A stretch of 64,000 nucleotides of DNA from Ginglymostoma cirratum (GCA_024137785.1 JAHRHZ010000092.1:563770-627769); one strand, 5' to 3'. Counted from the first letter of the stretch, positions 39,801-52,400 are shown. Notes: generated from the sequence alone by a model not told the origin. A program made the numbers and translations.

Positions 39801-40208
39801 AGTTCTCTTGTGTTGCTAATGGTACGTAATTAGTCCCCCTTATTCGTTAGTATTAAGGGAACGTTGATGACTTCTTACCAGTTAGAAAGTACTCTCAACT
39901 TTCGAATTAGGTTGAATGAAAATGACCTTCGAATTTCGATATTAAACTACATCTGCCGCTGTTTTGCCCACTCACTTTATTTCAGTATCATTTGAAAACT
40001 CCTGCTCTGACACGTTTCGCTTACATCCAATCATGAGGGAACGGATGTGTGATGTCAATCAGCGTAGGAGAACTGTGGCCTTCCACAACTGCATCACTTC
40101 CTTAACCCCTTCATATTTAATCAATGACTTGAAAAGAGCAGAGAACTTGCACCGAGGCCGAACGCCCTTAATTTCACTCATATCTCTATTACAAGACCAG
40201 CTTACAAG

Positions 40209-40709
40209 ATGTATATCTTATTGACTCTCGTCAGCTTGTTTCAATGTAAGTGTCTTTTTCAGATAATATCATTTCTTAACAACCTTTGTGTGCCGTTTCT
40301 TTCATTTACTCGTTATTTCTTTCCATATTTCATTCTTACTTTCTTACCTCCTACACTTTACAGATCCACCCCGGTTCTGATTTGGTTCTCTCTCATTTCT
40401 TTTCCCCAAGCCGTGAACGCACAGACTATCCGCCAGGTTCCAACCGCTGTCTCCAAATTACTCAACGACAGTGTGGAAATGAAATGTCTTTTCGATGGGA
40501 GCAACAGTAACCCTGCAATGTACTGGTACAGACAATACCCGGGGAAGGAGCCGCAGGAGATGTTTTATTCCGTTGCAATCGGTTCCGTGAGCCCAGATGA
40601 AGCAGTGGACGGTTTCACTGCCAAGCGACCTACTGGCTTTGAGTTCAGCCTGAAATCCTCCAGCCTGTGGGTGAATCACTCGGCCGTGTATTACTGCGCC
40701 TGGAGTGTT
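40209..40709 (+). CDS. TRBV: TCR beta V segment V9 (TRBV30-like); leader 40209-40245, V exon 40411-40709
   Basis: Leader MYILLTLVSLFQ T|gtaagt; acceptor ttccccaag|CC; open frame VNAQTIRQVP...MKCLF...MYWYRQ...NHSAVYYCAWSV. Confidence 0.93.
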
Positions 40710-40748
40710 CACAGTGACTCAGAGAGCTGGCGCCGCACAACAAAAACC
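40710..40748 (+). promoter_or_regulatory. 23-RSS of V9
   Basis: CACAGTG + 23 nt + ACAAAAACC. Confidence 0.96.
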
Positions 40749-42038
40749 CCAAGGGCTGCAGCTGTTTTAGATAATGCTGCGCGGTACCTCCACCCACTTT
40801 GTTGAGTTCATGCAAAACAACATGGTCTTGATAATAACAGCCAGTTTACAATGAGCGTTAGTGATTAGATATATAATTGCACTTGGAAAATATGGATCGA
40901 AAATCTAAAGCGATGTTGCCAGAACTGAGAGCTTCTGACTACCAAAAAAAGAAGGAACGTGTTCATTTTCCCGAGAAAGCAAAAAGCTTGCGACTCAGAG
41001 AAGGGTTTTATAGGCAGAGAGAAAATGTTGCCCCGGTTGAAAACACAGACTGAGGGAACCATAAATATAAATTCCCCCAAGAATCTAATGGACATGCGGG
41101 AGAAGATTCAATGGTGAGATTGTGCGACTAGCTACCTCAGAGACAAAAATAGAAATGGCTGGAGAAACGCAGCAGATCGGGCAGCATCTGTGGAAAGAAA
41201 ACAGATTTAACGTCTCTAGTCGAGTGACCCATAGAATAGCTATCTCAGGGAGTGTCTTGAGCTGAGCGACGTTGTTACAGTTTAGGAACAAAGTGGATAA
41301 ACGGGTGATATAAAACAGATAGAAAAACTAGTTTTGGGATATGACTGGAACCCGACTGGAGCAAATCTTTTGGAAGCGTTCGGTGAGCAGAGGGCAATTG
41401 CGTCCAGGTCAAGGTTAATTGTGACTGAAACAAATAATGATAACACACGCAGACAAGATAAATAGAAATAGCAGGGCGTGAAAAAGGAAAGCAATAGAAA
41501 ACAAGGGTACTTAAAAATGCAAAGATGAAAACAGTGAAGAAATTTAAATTTTGGGAGGAAGGTAGCAGCGGCCACTCCAGGACCATAAACTGCAACACCC
41601 GCGACAAAGATCACCAGCGGGAAATTCTGCCCTTCTAGTCTGAAACCGTGTTTTTACTTCCGATATTGCTTCCAAAATGATGAAACTGAAGTCAACATTC
41701 CCTTAATCCTTTATAACCGAGCGTATGCACGGAACTACATGCCTTTGTAGTCATCGTCTCGGAAATCATTCGGCTGACTGTGTATTGCACTCACTGTTAG
41801 GCAAAAATATGCTCTTTGAGGTGCTCCAGCCAGTATTGATGGCATTGTTCCACACATCCGTCTGTTCGCGACAAACGACAACATCTCCCTGTCGCGAACC
41901 ACTTCAACTTTCCCTCCACTCCCTGGCGACAATGTCCATCCGGGCCTCCTCCAGTGTCGCAATGATGTCACACGCAGACAAGATAAATAGAAATAGCAGG
42001 ACGTGGAAAAGGAAAGCAGTAGAAAACAAGGGTGTTTT

Positions 42039-42128
42039 CTCCGATGGTACAAATATAGTGGACCCGAAGGAAGAGGTGGACAGTTAGACCTCCGAACAAC
42101 CGATCGGCATCCCGTCTAACCTGAAGTC
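42039..42128 (+). pseudogene. Duplicated internal fragment of relic V10, fused to a Penelope fragment
   Basis: About 90 nt near-identical to 43178-43268, including the same in-frame TAG (gtggacagttag). Confidence 0.8.
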
Positions 42129-43089
42129 TTCCTGGAGGAGAAGCACCTCATATTCTGCCTTGGAAGTCTACAACCAAATGGTCTCAATGTGGACTTAACT
42201 AGTTTCAAAATCTCCCCACTCCCGGCCTCATCCCATGACCAACTCTCCCTCTCATCCCCGCCTCCTTGACCTGACACAACCTATCCGCTCCTCCCACCTC
42301 ACCGACCTATCCCCACCACTGCCTACCTGTGCTCACCTACCACCATCCCGCCTACCTTTCCAAGCCCCACCCCACCTCTCCATTTATTTCAGAGCTCCCT
42401 TCCCCCATTTCTGAAGAAGGGTCCCGACCCGAAACATCAACTCGACTGCTTCTCTGATGCTGCCTGACCTACCGTGTTCCTCCAGCTCCACACTGTTGTC
42501 TCTGACTCCAGCATCGGCAGTTCTTACTATCTCACAAGCAGAAGCTCCTCCATTTTGTATGTTATACTCTTGATAAAAACGCTGAACTCGATTTGACCTG
42601 ATGATTTCTTTGTGTCTCCGTCCACCTTTTTCAGTGTTATGTAGATTTGGACAACTAAACGCCTTCGTTGTTTCTCGCCAGTTGGAAAGTGCCCTGTTCT
42701 ATCTGCCTTCGACCTATCTTTGTTCAAATTCGAACCCCCATAAAATTCACCATATTTTAGTAGTCGGTTTAGGGACAGCTACCAACTTCTTCCTCCCATT
42801 TCGCATCCAATATTAGAGAGCGTTAGGGTGGCGTAGGGAGGTTTTTAGCAGATAGGGAGGTGCTGGGCAGCCAGAAAGTGAGTTTTCCTGGCAACCAATC
42901 ACAAAGAGGGAGGCACAGGGTTATTGGAGAGGTTGGTAGTGTCGAAAACCGAGTCACTTAAGAATATTAGAAATAAAAATAACTGCCTGCTGTTTCTGAT
43001 TTCTACAGGGATTTGAAAACAGCTGATTATTCCTCAAGTTTCTGTATTCCAGTTATCGTTCACTTTAAAATCTGACCGCTGAATCTACA

Positions 43090-43303
43090 TTTCCTGCAAA
43101 GGGAGAGGAACTGCAGTGGAGCAAGGAGGAGCGCAGAAGCGGCTACATTACCGGTACGGCCAACAGTGCATGTTTAGCTCCGATGATACACATATAGTGG
43201 ACCCGAAGGAAGAGGTGGACAGTTAGACCTCCGAACAACCGATCGGCAACCCGTTTAACCTGAAGTCCACCAGGTCAAGTCAGAGCATTCGGCTGGAGTC
43301 TTC
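43090..43303 (+). pseudogene. Highly decayed TRBV30-like relic V10
   Basis: Remnants gaactgcagtgg (ELQC), tacattaccggtacggccaa (YIYWYRQ), atgtttagctcc (MFYS), gtggacccgaag...gtggac, aacctgaagtcc, cattcggc..tggagtctt; CCAATCA upstream at 42895; RSS not recognisable. Confidence 0.7.
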
Positions 43304-44454
43304 AAAATCAGTCCGCGTAATTGACAAAAAAAGAAGCTCCAAAATGGCGTACAAAAATTGTTCGAAGTTTCAGCTGGTTTTGTTGTTACAGAGGTGAAGC
43401 GTTTATGACAATACGAAATGATTAAGGCTTAGAATAAGAGCGAGACAGTGAAAATACAGATATATTGGGGAAAGTTCAAAGAAAGATGAACAAAAATAAA
43501 CAAAACAGAGGAGCTACATAGTTCAGGAATGATTGCCAGTTGAGAAACAGAACTTTCTGCTCAGCGTCGTAACTTTGGGAAGCGAGAGGAAGACATTCAG
43601 CTCCGGTTGGGCCCCTAGACAGGGGGGGCAAGGAGGCCATTCAGTTCCCTCTGACTCTGTTAGATATCTGCTAGACACCCCTACATCCTCTAAAGTCACG
43701 TACACAGGAACAAGCTCGAAGGACCCCTTGCACCGTCGCAGAAGGGGGCAAACTTGACCACCTGAGGATCTGACAGATATTTTCAAATCAACCCGTTTAG
43801 AGATGCTGTTACACAACTTTGGAGCAGGTAGGGCTTGAACCCAAGCCTCCTGACTCAGAGGTAGGGAAGTTACCATTGCACCATAAAAGTCCTTCTGAGG
43901 CTGTTACACGGGAACTGGAGGCCGAGCCAGCATCTGTGAGTCTACTACACAGGAATGTCAGGCGGGCTATTGTGACACTAATCTTGAACAGGATGTCATT
44001 TCATCCTTGTCCTTCTATTCAGTCCCAACATGACTCATGAGTCTTAACTCAATTTACCCACTATATTCATTAACAGTTGATATGATCATTTGACAATAAT
44101 ATCCCAATCCCAGAACTGAATGCCCCATCGGAAACATAACGTCACAAGACTGTCGAGGGGAGAGAGTTCTCGATTTCCGTTAATCTTGGCCTGAGGATGC
44201 GATTTCTGACTTCATACCTGCATTTACAACCTTGAAGATAAGAGACATTTCCCCGTGTCATGGGAACGTTCGCCTGAGGTATTACTTCCTTTCTTTACCA
44301 TAGAAACATTAAAAAAAAGGATTAACCGTCGGCCATCGAGCCCTCAAACCTCACCACTATTCAAGGTGATCGCATCTGATCTCTTATGCCAATGCTATAC
44401 TTCTGCTCTCTCGTCATATCCTTCGATGCCTTTAGTACAAAGAACAGTACAGCA

Positions 44455-45960
44455 CAAGAACAGGCAATTCGGAATACCAAGACTGCAATTGACTCATGAT
44501 GCATTTCTAAACTAAAAACCCTCCGCTTTAAGGGGTCGGTATTCTTCTATTCCCTGTCTATTCATGTATCTGTCATGTATCTTAAACGTTGCTATTAAAC
44601 GCCCCACCAGCTCCTCTCGTAGTGCATTCCAGGCACGTACCACTCTCTGTATTAAAAAAAAAACCTGCCACTCACATCTTTAAACTTATCCTCTTTTTAC
44701 CTTGAGCCTACATCCCCTAGTAATTGACATAACCACTCTGGAAAAAAAGACTCCAACTATCCTTTCTTTCCGTGTTTCTCATAATTTTATAAACTTTTAT
44801 CCGGCCGCCCGTCATCTTTTGACGTTCAAATGAAAACAAACTAAATTTGCCCAATCTCTCCTCACAGCTAATACCTTGGAAACCAGGTAACATCCTGGTA
44901 AAGCGTTTCTGACTCTCTGCAAAGCTTCCACATCCTTCTGGTATTGTGAAGACCAGAACTGTACAAAATATTCTAACTGTGGCTTAGCTCAAGTTTTACA
45001 CACCTGCAACATGACCTGCAAATTTCTTTTTTTTATTTATTTCGACCGATGAAGGCAAGTGTGCCATTTGTCTTCTTGATCACCTTATCCACCTGTGTTG
45101 CCACTATCTGGGAATGGTGGATCTGTGTGCCTACATCTCCCTGCATGTTGATGCCACTAAGTGTTCTGATATTTGCTGTATATTTCTCTCCTAAACTAGA
45201 TCTTCTAGACTGCATCACTGTGCAGTTATCTGCATTAAACTCCATCTGCTGATTCTCCACCCAAATCTCCAGACTATGTGTATCTTCCTATATCCTGTGG
45301 CAATCCTCCTCACTGTCTGCAACTCCCCCAATCTTTGTGTCATTCACAAACTTGTTAATTAGAACACCTACATTCTCCTTCAAATCATTTATTTGTACTA
45401 CAAACAACAAGGGTTCCAGCACTGTTCCCCACAAAACACCACTGGTCACAGATCTCCAGTCAGAAAAACACCCTTCCACCACCACTCCCTGTCTTCTACG
45501 ACTAAACCAGTTCTGTATCCATCTTACCAGTTCATTGCAGATCCCATCTTTTGTATCAGCATGCCAAGAGGGACGTTGTCAAAGACATTGCTAAAGCTCT
45601 GCCTTCACCAATTATCTTTATCAATGCTTAATAAATATTGAGTTTGTGAGACATGACCTTCCCTGCACAAAGCCATGCTGCCCATTGCTAATAGATCTTA
45701 TTTCTTCAAATGTGAACAAATACTCACCCTAATAATCTTCAAAAATAATTTCTCTACAACAGACGTGACGCTCACCAGTTTGTAAATTCCCAGATTATCC
45801 CTGTGGGCCTTTTTAAACAAAGGAACGCCGTTGGCTATTCCCCAGTCCACTGGGACCCTCCCGTGAATAAAGATGATAGAAAGATTTCGTACGAGACTGA
45901 GCAATTTCCTCAACTGCCTCCCTTGGCATTCTGGGATGGATCTCATCAGGTCCTGTGGAC
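44455..45960 (-). mobile_element. CR1 LINE fragment
   Basis: WRSVTSGVLWGTVLEPLLF, NDTKIGG, GPDEIHPR remnants. Confidence 0.85.
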
Positions 45961-46858
45961 AAGAGATCTAGTCTTTCTTTCTTAAATGAGTTCATCTCCA
46001 CGGCCCTACACTGAAGAGACTTCACAGGTTCACCAGTCACTGAGTGAAGAAATTATTCCTCGTCTCAGTCTGAAATTGTCTATACTGTATCCTGAGATAG
46101 TGGCTCTTGTTCTAGATGCCCATATCCCCAAAACAGGGGGAGAACGTCATACCATCCTTGCTGTTCAACCCTCCCAAAGCTTTATACATTTTACTGACAT
46201 TCTTTTTCATTCTTTCGAAGAACAGTGAATGCAGCATAGTTCACCCATTCTTTCCTCAGGGGACAAGCTTGCGATCCCATCATCGGAAATGCATTTTACA
46301 TCATACACAATTCAATTAGACCACACCTCGATCTTCTGAATTCAAAGGAATGCAGGTCAGATTTGTCCAACCTCTCTACTCAAGGCAAAATACTGAGCAT
46401 GCTGGAGAACCAAAATACTTTTAAAAGGCAGAAATTGTTGGGGAAGCTCAGCAAGTCTAGCAGCATTTGTGAAGCGAGAAATAGGGCTAATTTCGAGTCG
46501 AATGACTCTTCCTCCGAACATTTTGAAAAACTTTCTGAAGCAGGGTCATCGAACTGGAAACGTTAATCCTGTTTCTCGCTCCCCAGATGCTGCCAGATCT
46601 GTGAGTTTCTCCAGCACTTTTCTGTATTTATTTCGGCCGTACCGATACTATACCACCGGTAAATCACTACATCTACCTTCTCAATTCATCTCTGAAAGTC
46701 CCTGCCCTCTGTTCCCAGCATTCTTTATGTGCAACCAATCAGGGAGGGAGAAAAGTCGGCATAAACTGCGCTTTATATTTTCGTCCAAGACCAGACTCTA
46801 GCTTCTCACATGATTTCAGTTCACAATCCTATTATTATGAGGGAAAGGTCAACCAAAG

Positions 46859-47371
46859 ATGCACCTATTACTGGGTCTGATGATCATGTTTCGCTGTAAG
46901 AATAGTTGTTCAACTTTTCCGCTTTTTTCTCTCTCTTTATTTACCACTTTCTTTCTTCTCTCGTTTACTGTTTCTTCTCTCCTCTGCCTCCAATGTTGCG
47001 CAAACTAACCGTCTCCGCTCCCTGTAGCTTTCCCAGACTTGAACTCACAGACTATCCGCCAATGTCCCGCCGCCGCCTCTAAATCTTCCGGAGAGGAAGT
47101 AGAACTGACGTACGTCCTGGATGGCAGCAGCGCAGATGCAATGTACTGGTACAGACAATTCCTGGGGAGCGGACTGCAATTGCTGTTTTACTCCGTTACC
47201 ACTGGTACTGTGGATCCATGAGGGACAGTGGGCGGTTTTGCTGCCGAGAGAACGAGTGGCTCCATGTTTAAACTGAAGACCTCCAGGCTCCAAGCCAATC
47301 ACTCAGCCACGTATTACAGCGCCTGGAGTCTTCACAGCGACTCAAAGAGATGAAGCAGCTCAACAAGAACT
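46859..47371 (+). pseudogene. TRBV: TRBV30-like pseudogene V11; leader 46859-46895, V exon 47037-47332, RSS 47333-47371
   Basis: Leader MHLLLGLMIMFR T|gtaag; NSQTIRQ...MYWYRQFLGSGLQLLFYSV; TGA at 47219-47221; both domain Cys lost (TAC, AGC); CACAGCG + 23 nt + ACAAGAACT. Confidence 0.92.
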
Positions 47372-48155
47372 TGAAAGGCCTCTGGAAACATCTAACTATG
47401 AATAATAAAGCCGCATCCGCTACGGGTCATTTTGCAAAGTGAATGAGTTTTTAGAATAACAACAGGCAAAGACAAAGACTCAAGGAAGGCATATAAAAAC
47501 AAAGAATGTGCGCTTGTAAGAAAATAAGACAGAATGCAATGTAGAGTGTAAAATTAAACGGACGAAGGGAGAGTAAAAAATAGTGGTCTGACATTGTGTT
47601 GCACTTCTGCAAAAGAGCAGCAGAGATCAATGAAACAAAATTCTTTAATTAGGCTTATAGGATCCCAGAGGCCAATAATCCCTGACGCGACTGGTTACAC
47701 GGTTATAGAAAGAAGCAATTTAAACATCCCCTAATTCTGTTATACCAAAGCAGGAGGAGACGCGGTCAGTATTCAGATCAATTACATCGGCACAGGAAGA
47801 TGCCATTTTGCCTCTAGACACTGTACAACATAATTAGATAATCCATTCATTCATGAAAGTTGTTTTACTTTTCAATTTGATCATGGATTTTCAATTTTCA
47901 ATTTGGCATGTCCTTACTATATCTTCCTGCTTTGGTTTTATATAGTTGTCTTGAAAGTATCATTTCGCCTGAGCCCCAACAACTCACCCAATAACGTGCA
48001 TAAAGGAATGAATCCTCATAGAGCGCCCAGGACTCCTAGTTCTTAAGTTTATGTTTGCCTCATCGTCTAGATGTATCATCACAGGGAATCATTTCTCTTT
48101 ATCGAATTTATTGGTACACAACTTTCATTCTAATCCTTAATTTGTTAACCAGGGG

Positions 48156-48495
48156 AGGCGACGGCCTCATGGTATTATCTCCGGACTGTTTGCCCAAAGC
48201 CTCAAATAACGTTCCGGGGACTCGGGTTCGAATCCTGCCACGGCAGATGATGGAATTTGAATCCAATAAATATCTGGAACTGTGAATCCATTGTCCATTG
48301 TCCATTGTCTTGGGGGGAGGGGGGAAAACATCTGGTTCACTAATGCCCTTTAGGGAAGGAAACTGCCATCCTTACTTGGCCTGGCCTACATGTGACTGCA
48401 GACCCACAACAATGCCCACTGCCCACTGGGCAATTAGGGATGGGCAATAAATACTGCCTAGCCAGTGACGCCTTGATCCCGTGAATGAATAAAGG
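48156..48495 (+). mobile_element. tRNA-derived SINE (second family); related copy at ~22346-22885
   Basis: B box gggttcgaatcc; body ccttcagg/tagggaaggaaactgcc..ccttac..ggcctaca; tail gggcaattagggatgggcaataaat. Confidence 0.75.
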
Positions 48496-49451
48496 AACCA
48501 GCAAAATATATCAGACTAAGTATATGCTTACCTAAGTAAAGCTGCATGCAATCCAAAGGCATTACCATAGAATGACTCATCATGAACATCATGTAATGAA
48601 TTACTGACCTGAAACATAACTAGCCCTGCCGCTTAAATTTTATGTTTGAAAGAGCAGCTCGGAAACCAACAATTCTGCAGGGACTAACTGACTTGACTCC
48701 CCAAAGACTGTCCCACTTTTCAAGTCACAAATCACAAGTCGGGAATGTGGTGGAATGTTCTCCACTCACCTGGATGAGTCGAGCCCCAACAGCTCCTAAG
48801 AAGCTTGCTGTCAACCAGAACAAGGTTGCCACAATCAGTTGGCAGCTTATCCACTCCCTTGAAATTTCAATCTCTCCACCAACAGCACACAATAGAGTAG
48901 TGTGCCCCACATACACGAAGTACTCCGGATATGGTCTCACCAACTCACTGTACAATTGCAACAAAACGTTTTTACTTCTATTTCCCTTACAAGAAACGAC
49001 AATTCATTTGCTTTCCCAATTACTTGTTGCATACTAACTCTTATGAATCATCAGGACACCCACATTCTCCTGCGCCCTCAGAGCTCACTCAAACATAAAT
49101 GATATGCTCTGTTACTATATTTCCTGCCAAAGTTGACAGCCCCACATTTTCCCACGTTATATACCAATTGACAATTTTTGTCCATTCACTTAGCCTCAAC
49201 CGATTATTTCCGTTCTCAGATTCATAATGTCCTCTTCTCAATTTACTATCCTAACTATTGTTGTATCATCGGCAGACTTTGCCACCACTTATTCTGGCTC
49301 ATGAACAACGTCGTTGATATCGATAGTAAATAGTCGACGCCTGAGTAGTGATTGTTATGGACTTTATTTGGTTCATCTTGCCAATGCAAAAATGGCTCAT
49401 TCATGCCTCCTCCCTATTTTCTGATAGATAAAAGATCCGCCATCTAAGGTA

Positions 49452-52400
49452 GTAGGAACTGCAGATGCTGGAGAATCTGATACAACAAGGTGTAGAGCTG
49501 GATGAACACAGCAGGCCAAGCAGCATCAGAGGAGCAGGAAAGCTGACGTTTCGGGCCTAGACCCTTCTTCAGAAATGGGGGAGGGGAAGGGGGTTCTGAA
49601 ATAAATAGGGAGAGAGGGGGAGGCGGATAGAAGATGGATAGAGGAGAAGATAGGTGGAGAGGAGACAGACAGGTCAAAGAGGCGGAGATGGAGCCAGTTA
49701 AGGCGAGTGTAGGTGGGGAGGTAGGGAGGCGATAGGTCAGTCCAGGGAGGATGGACAGGTCAAGGGGGCAGGATGAGGTTAGTAGGGAGGAAATGGGGGT
49801 GGGGCTTGAGGTAGGAGGAGGGGAAGATGAGAGGAAGGACAGGTTAGGGAGGCGGGATGAGCTGGGCTGGCTTTGGGATGCGGTAGGGGGAGGGGAGATT
49901 TTGAAGCTTGTGAAGTCCACATTGATACCAAAAGGCTGCAGGGCTCCCAAGCGGAATATAAGTTGCTGTTCCTGCAACCTTTGGGTAACATCGTCGTGGT
50001 ACTGCAGGAGGCCCAGGATGGACATGTCGTCTGAGGAATGGGAGGGGGAGTTGAAATGGTTCGTGATGGGGAGCTGCAGTTGTTTATTGCAAACCGAGCA
50101 TAGGTGTTCTGCAAAGCGGCCCCCAAGCCTCCGCTTGCTTTCCCCGATGTAGAGGAGACAACAACGGGAACAGCAGAAGCAGTATACCACATTAGCAGAT
50201 GTGCAGGTGAACATTTGCTTGATGTGGAAAGTCTTCTTGGGGGCCTGGAATGGGGTTGACGGGGGAGGTGTACGGGCAGATGTAGCACTTCCTGCGATTG
50301 CATGGAAAAGTGCAGGGTGAGGTGGGGCTTGAGGGGAGTGTGGAGTGGACAAAGGCGTCACAGAGAGAGTGGTCCCTCTGGAAAGCAGATAAGGGTGGGG
50401 ATGAAAAAATGTCTTTGGTGGTGGGGTCGGATTGCAGATGGCAGAAGTGTCGGAGGATGATGCGTTGGATGGGGGGGTGGGGTGGGGTGATACGTGAGGA
50501 CGAGGGAGATTCTGTTTTGGTTGTTATTGCGGGGAGGGGGTGTGAGGGATGAGTTGTGGGAAATGCAGGAGACACCATCGAGGGTGTTCTTGACCACTGA
50601 ATGGGGGAAGTTGGGGTCCTTGAAAAACGAGGACATCTGAGATGTACCGGAGTGGAATGCTTCATCCTGGGAGAAGATGCAGCAGAGGCGAAGGAATTGG
50701 GAATAGGGGATGGCATTTTTGCAGAAAGGTGGGTGGGAGGAGGTGTATTCTAGGTAGCTGTGGGAGTCAGTGGGCTTGAAATGGATATCGGTTTCTAGGT
50801 GGTTGCCGGAGATGGAGACAGAGAGGTCCAGGAAGGAGACAGAGGCATTAGAGATGGTCCAGGTGAACTTCAGGTTGGGGTGGAATGTGTTGGTGAAGTG
50901 GATGAACTGTTCGAGCTCCTCGTGGGAACACGAGGCGACGCCAATACAGTCATCAATGTAACGGAGGAAGAGGTGGGGTTTAGGGCCAGTGTAGGTAAGG
51001 AAGAGGGATTGTTCCCCATAACCTACAAAGAGGCAGGCATAGCTTGGGCCCCTGGAGGTACCCATGGTCACCCCCTTTGTCTGTAGGAAATGGGAGGAAT
51101 TGAAAGAGGAGTTGTTGAGGGTGAGGACAAGTTCAGCTAAGCGGATGAGGGTGTCAGTGGAGGGGGACTGGTCGGGCCTTTGGGACAGGAAGAAGCGGTG
51201 GGTCCTTAGGCCATCAAAAAACCATAGGTACAATAAACGTACTGGTGCCCACCACCCAAAATGGGCTTCCTCCACCTCCCAAATCCCCAACCCTACCCAG
51301 GACCTTCCCCACAATGTGCCCACTGCCATTGGCCATGTGGCCACTGTCAGAGCAACCACGGATGAGGTCACATCCTCTGCCGCCCGGTACACCATTTCCG
51401 GGACAGTGAACGCCATCGACACCGCTGCTGATGCCACCGCCTCCATTTCCAAGGCCAACACCATAGAGATGGATGACGCACCTACCGTCACCGTTGCTGC
51501 TGCCTCCTACCCCGCTCCGCCCACCGCCAACGTCAATGCAACTCCACCCACCGCCAACACTGACGCAACGTCGCCCACCACTGCCGACGCAACTCCGCCC
51601 ACAGCTGTCTCCAACATCGCTCCGCCCACCGCCTCCACAGCTAGCAGCTCCAGAGAAGACAACAACACCCAGCCCTGCCGAGTCTTCACCATTCTCCCAG
51701 ATCTCCCCCTTACTGAAGACGAATGGTCAGTCCTCAGTAAAGGGCTCACCTTTGTCCCCTCCACCCACACATCAATGAATACAGGTCACGTTTGGACATA
51801 GAGCAGTTTTTCCGTTGCCTCCGCCTCCACATTTACTTCTTCAAACGTGAGCCTAACCCATCCTCTACTTCCCCGTTCTCCCATCTCCAACACACCCCCT
51901 CTTCCTGGACACCACCCCAAGGCCTCTTACCCTTCCTCGACCTCTTCATCTCCAACTGTCATCGTGACATCAATTGCCTCAACCTCTCCACCCCTCTCAC
52001 CCACTCCAACCTCTAACCCACAGAACATGCAGCCCTCCGCTCCCTCTACTCCTATCCCAACCTCACTATAAAACCCGCAGACAAGGGAGGCGCAGTTGTA
52101 GTATGGCACACTGACCTCTACTTCGCCGAGGCCAAGCACCAACTCTCTGACACCTCCTCCTACCGCCCCCTTGATTATGACCCCACACCTGACCACCAAA
52201 CCATTATCTCCCAATCCATCCACAACCTCAACACTTCAGGTGACTTCCCACCCACTGCCTCCAACCTCATTGTTCCCCAACCCCACACTGCCCACTTCTA
52301 TCTCCTTCCCAAAATCCACAAACCTGAATGCCCTGGTCGACCCATTGTCTCCGCCTCCTCCTGCCCCACCGAACTTACCTCCACCTATCTGGACTCCATT

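Noticed and set aside
41275-41614. Minus-strand leader-like stretch (VIFVAGVAVY), pyrimidine tract and SQLTLTWTQLP, suggesting an inverted V or Ig segment
   Set aside because: No proper ATG/donor pair, no Cys/WYRQ/YYC motifs and no RSS.
51064-51801. Mucin-like Thr/Ala/Pro-rich ORF as a host gene
   Set aside because: Lies inside the TSD-bounded Penelope element and precedes its LSKGL.F.P motif.
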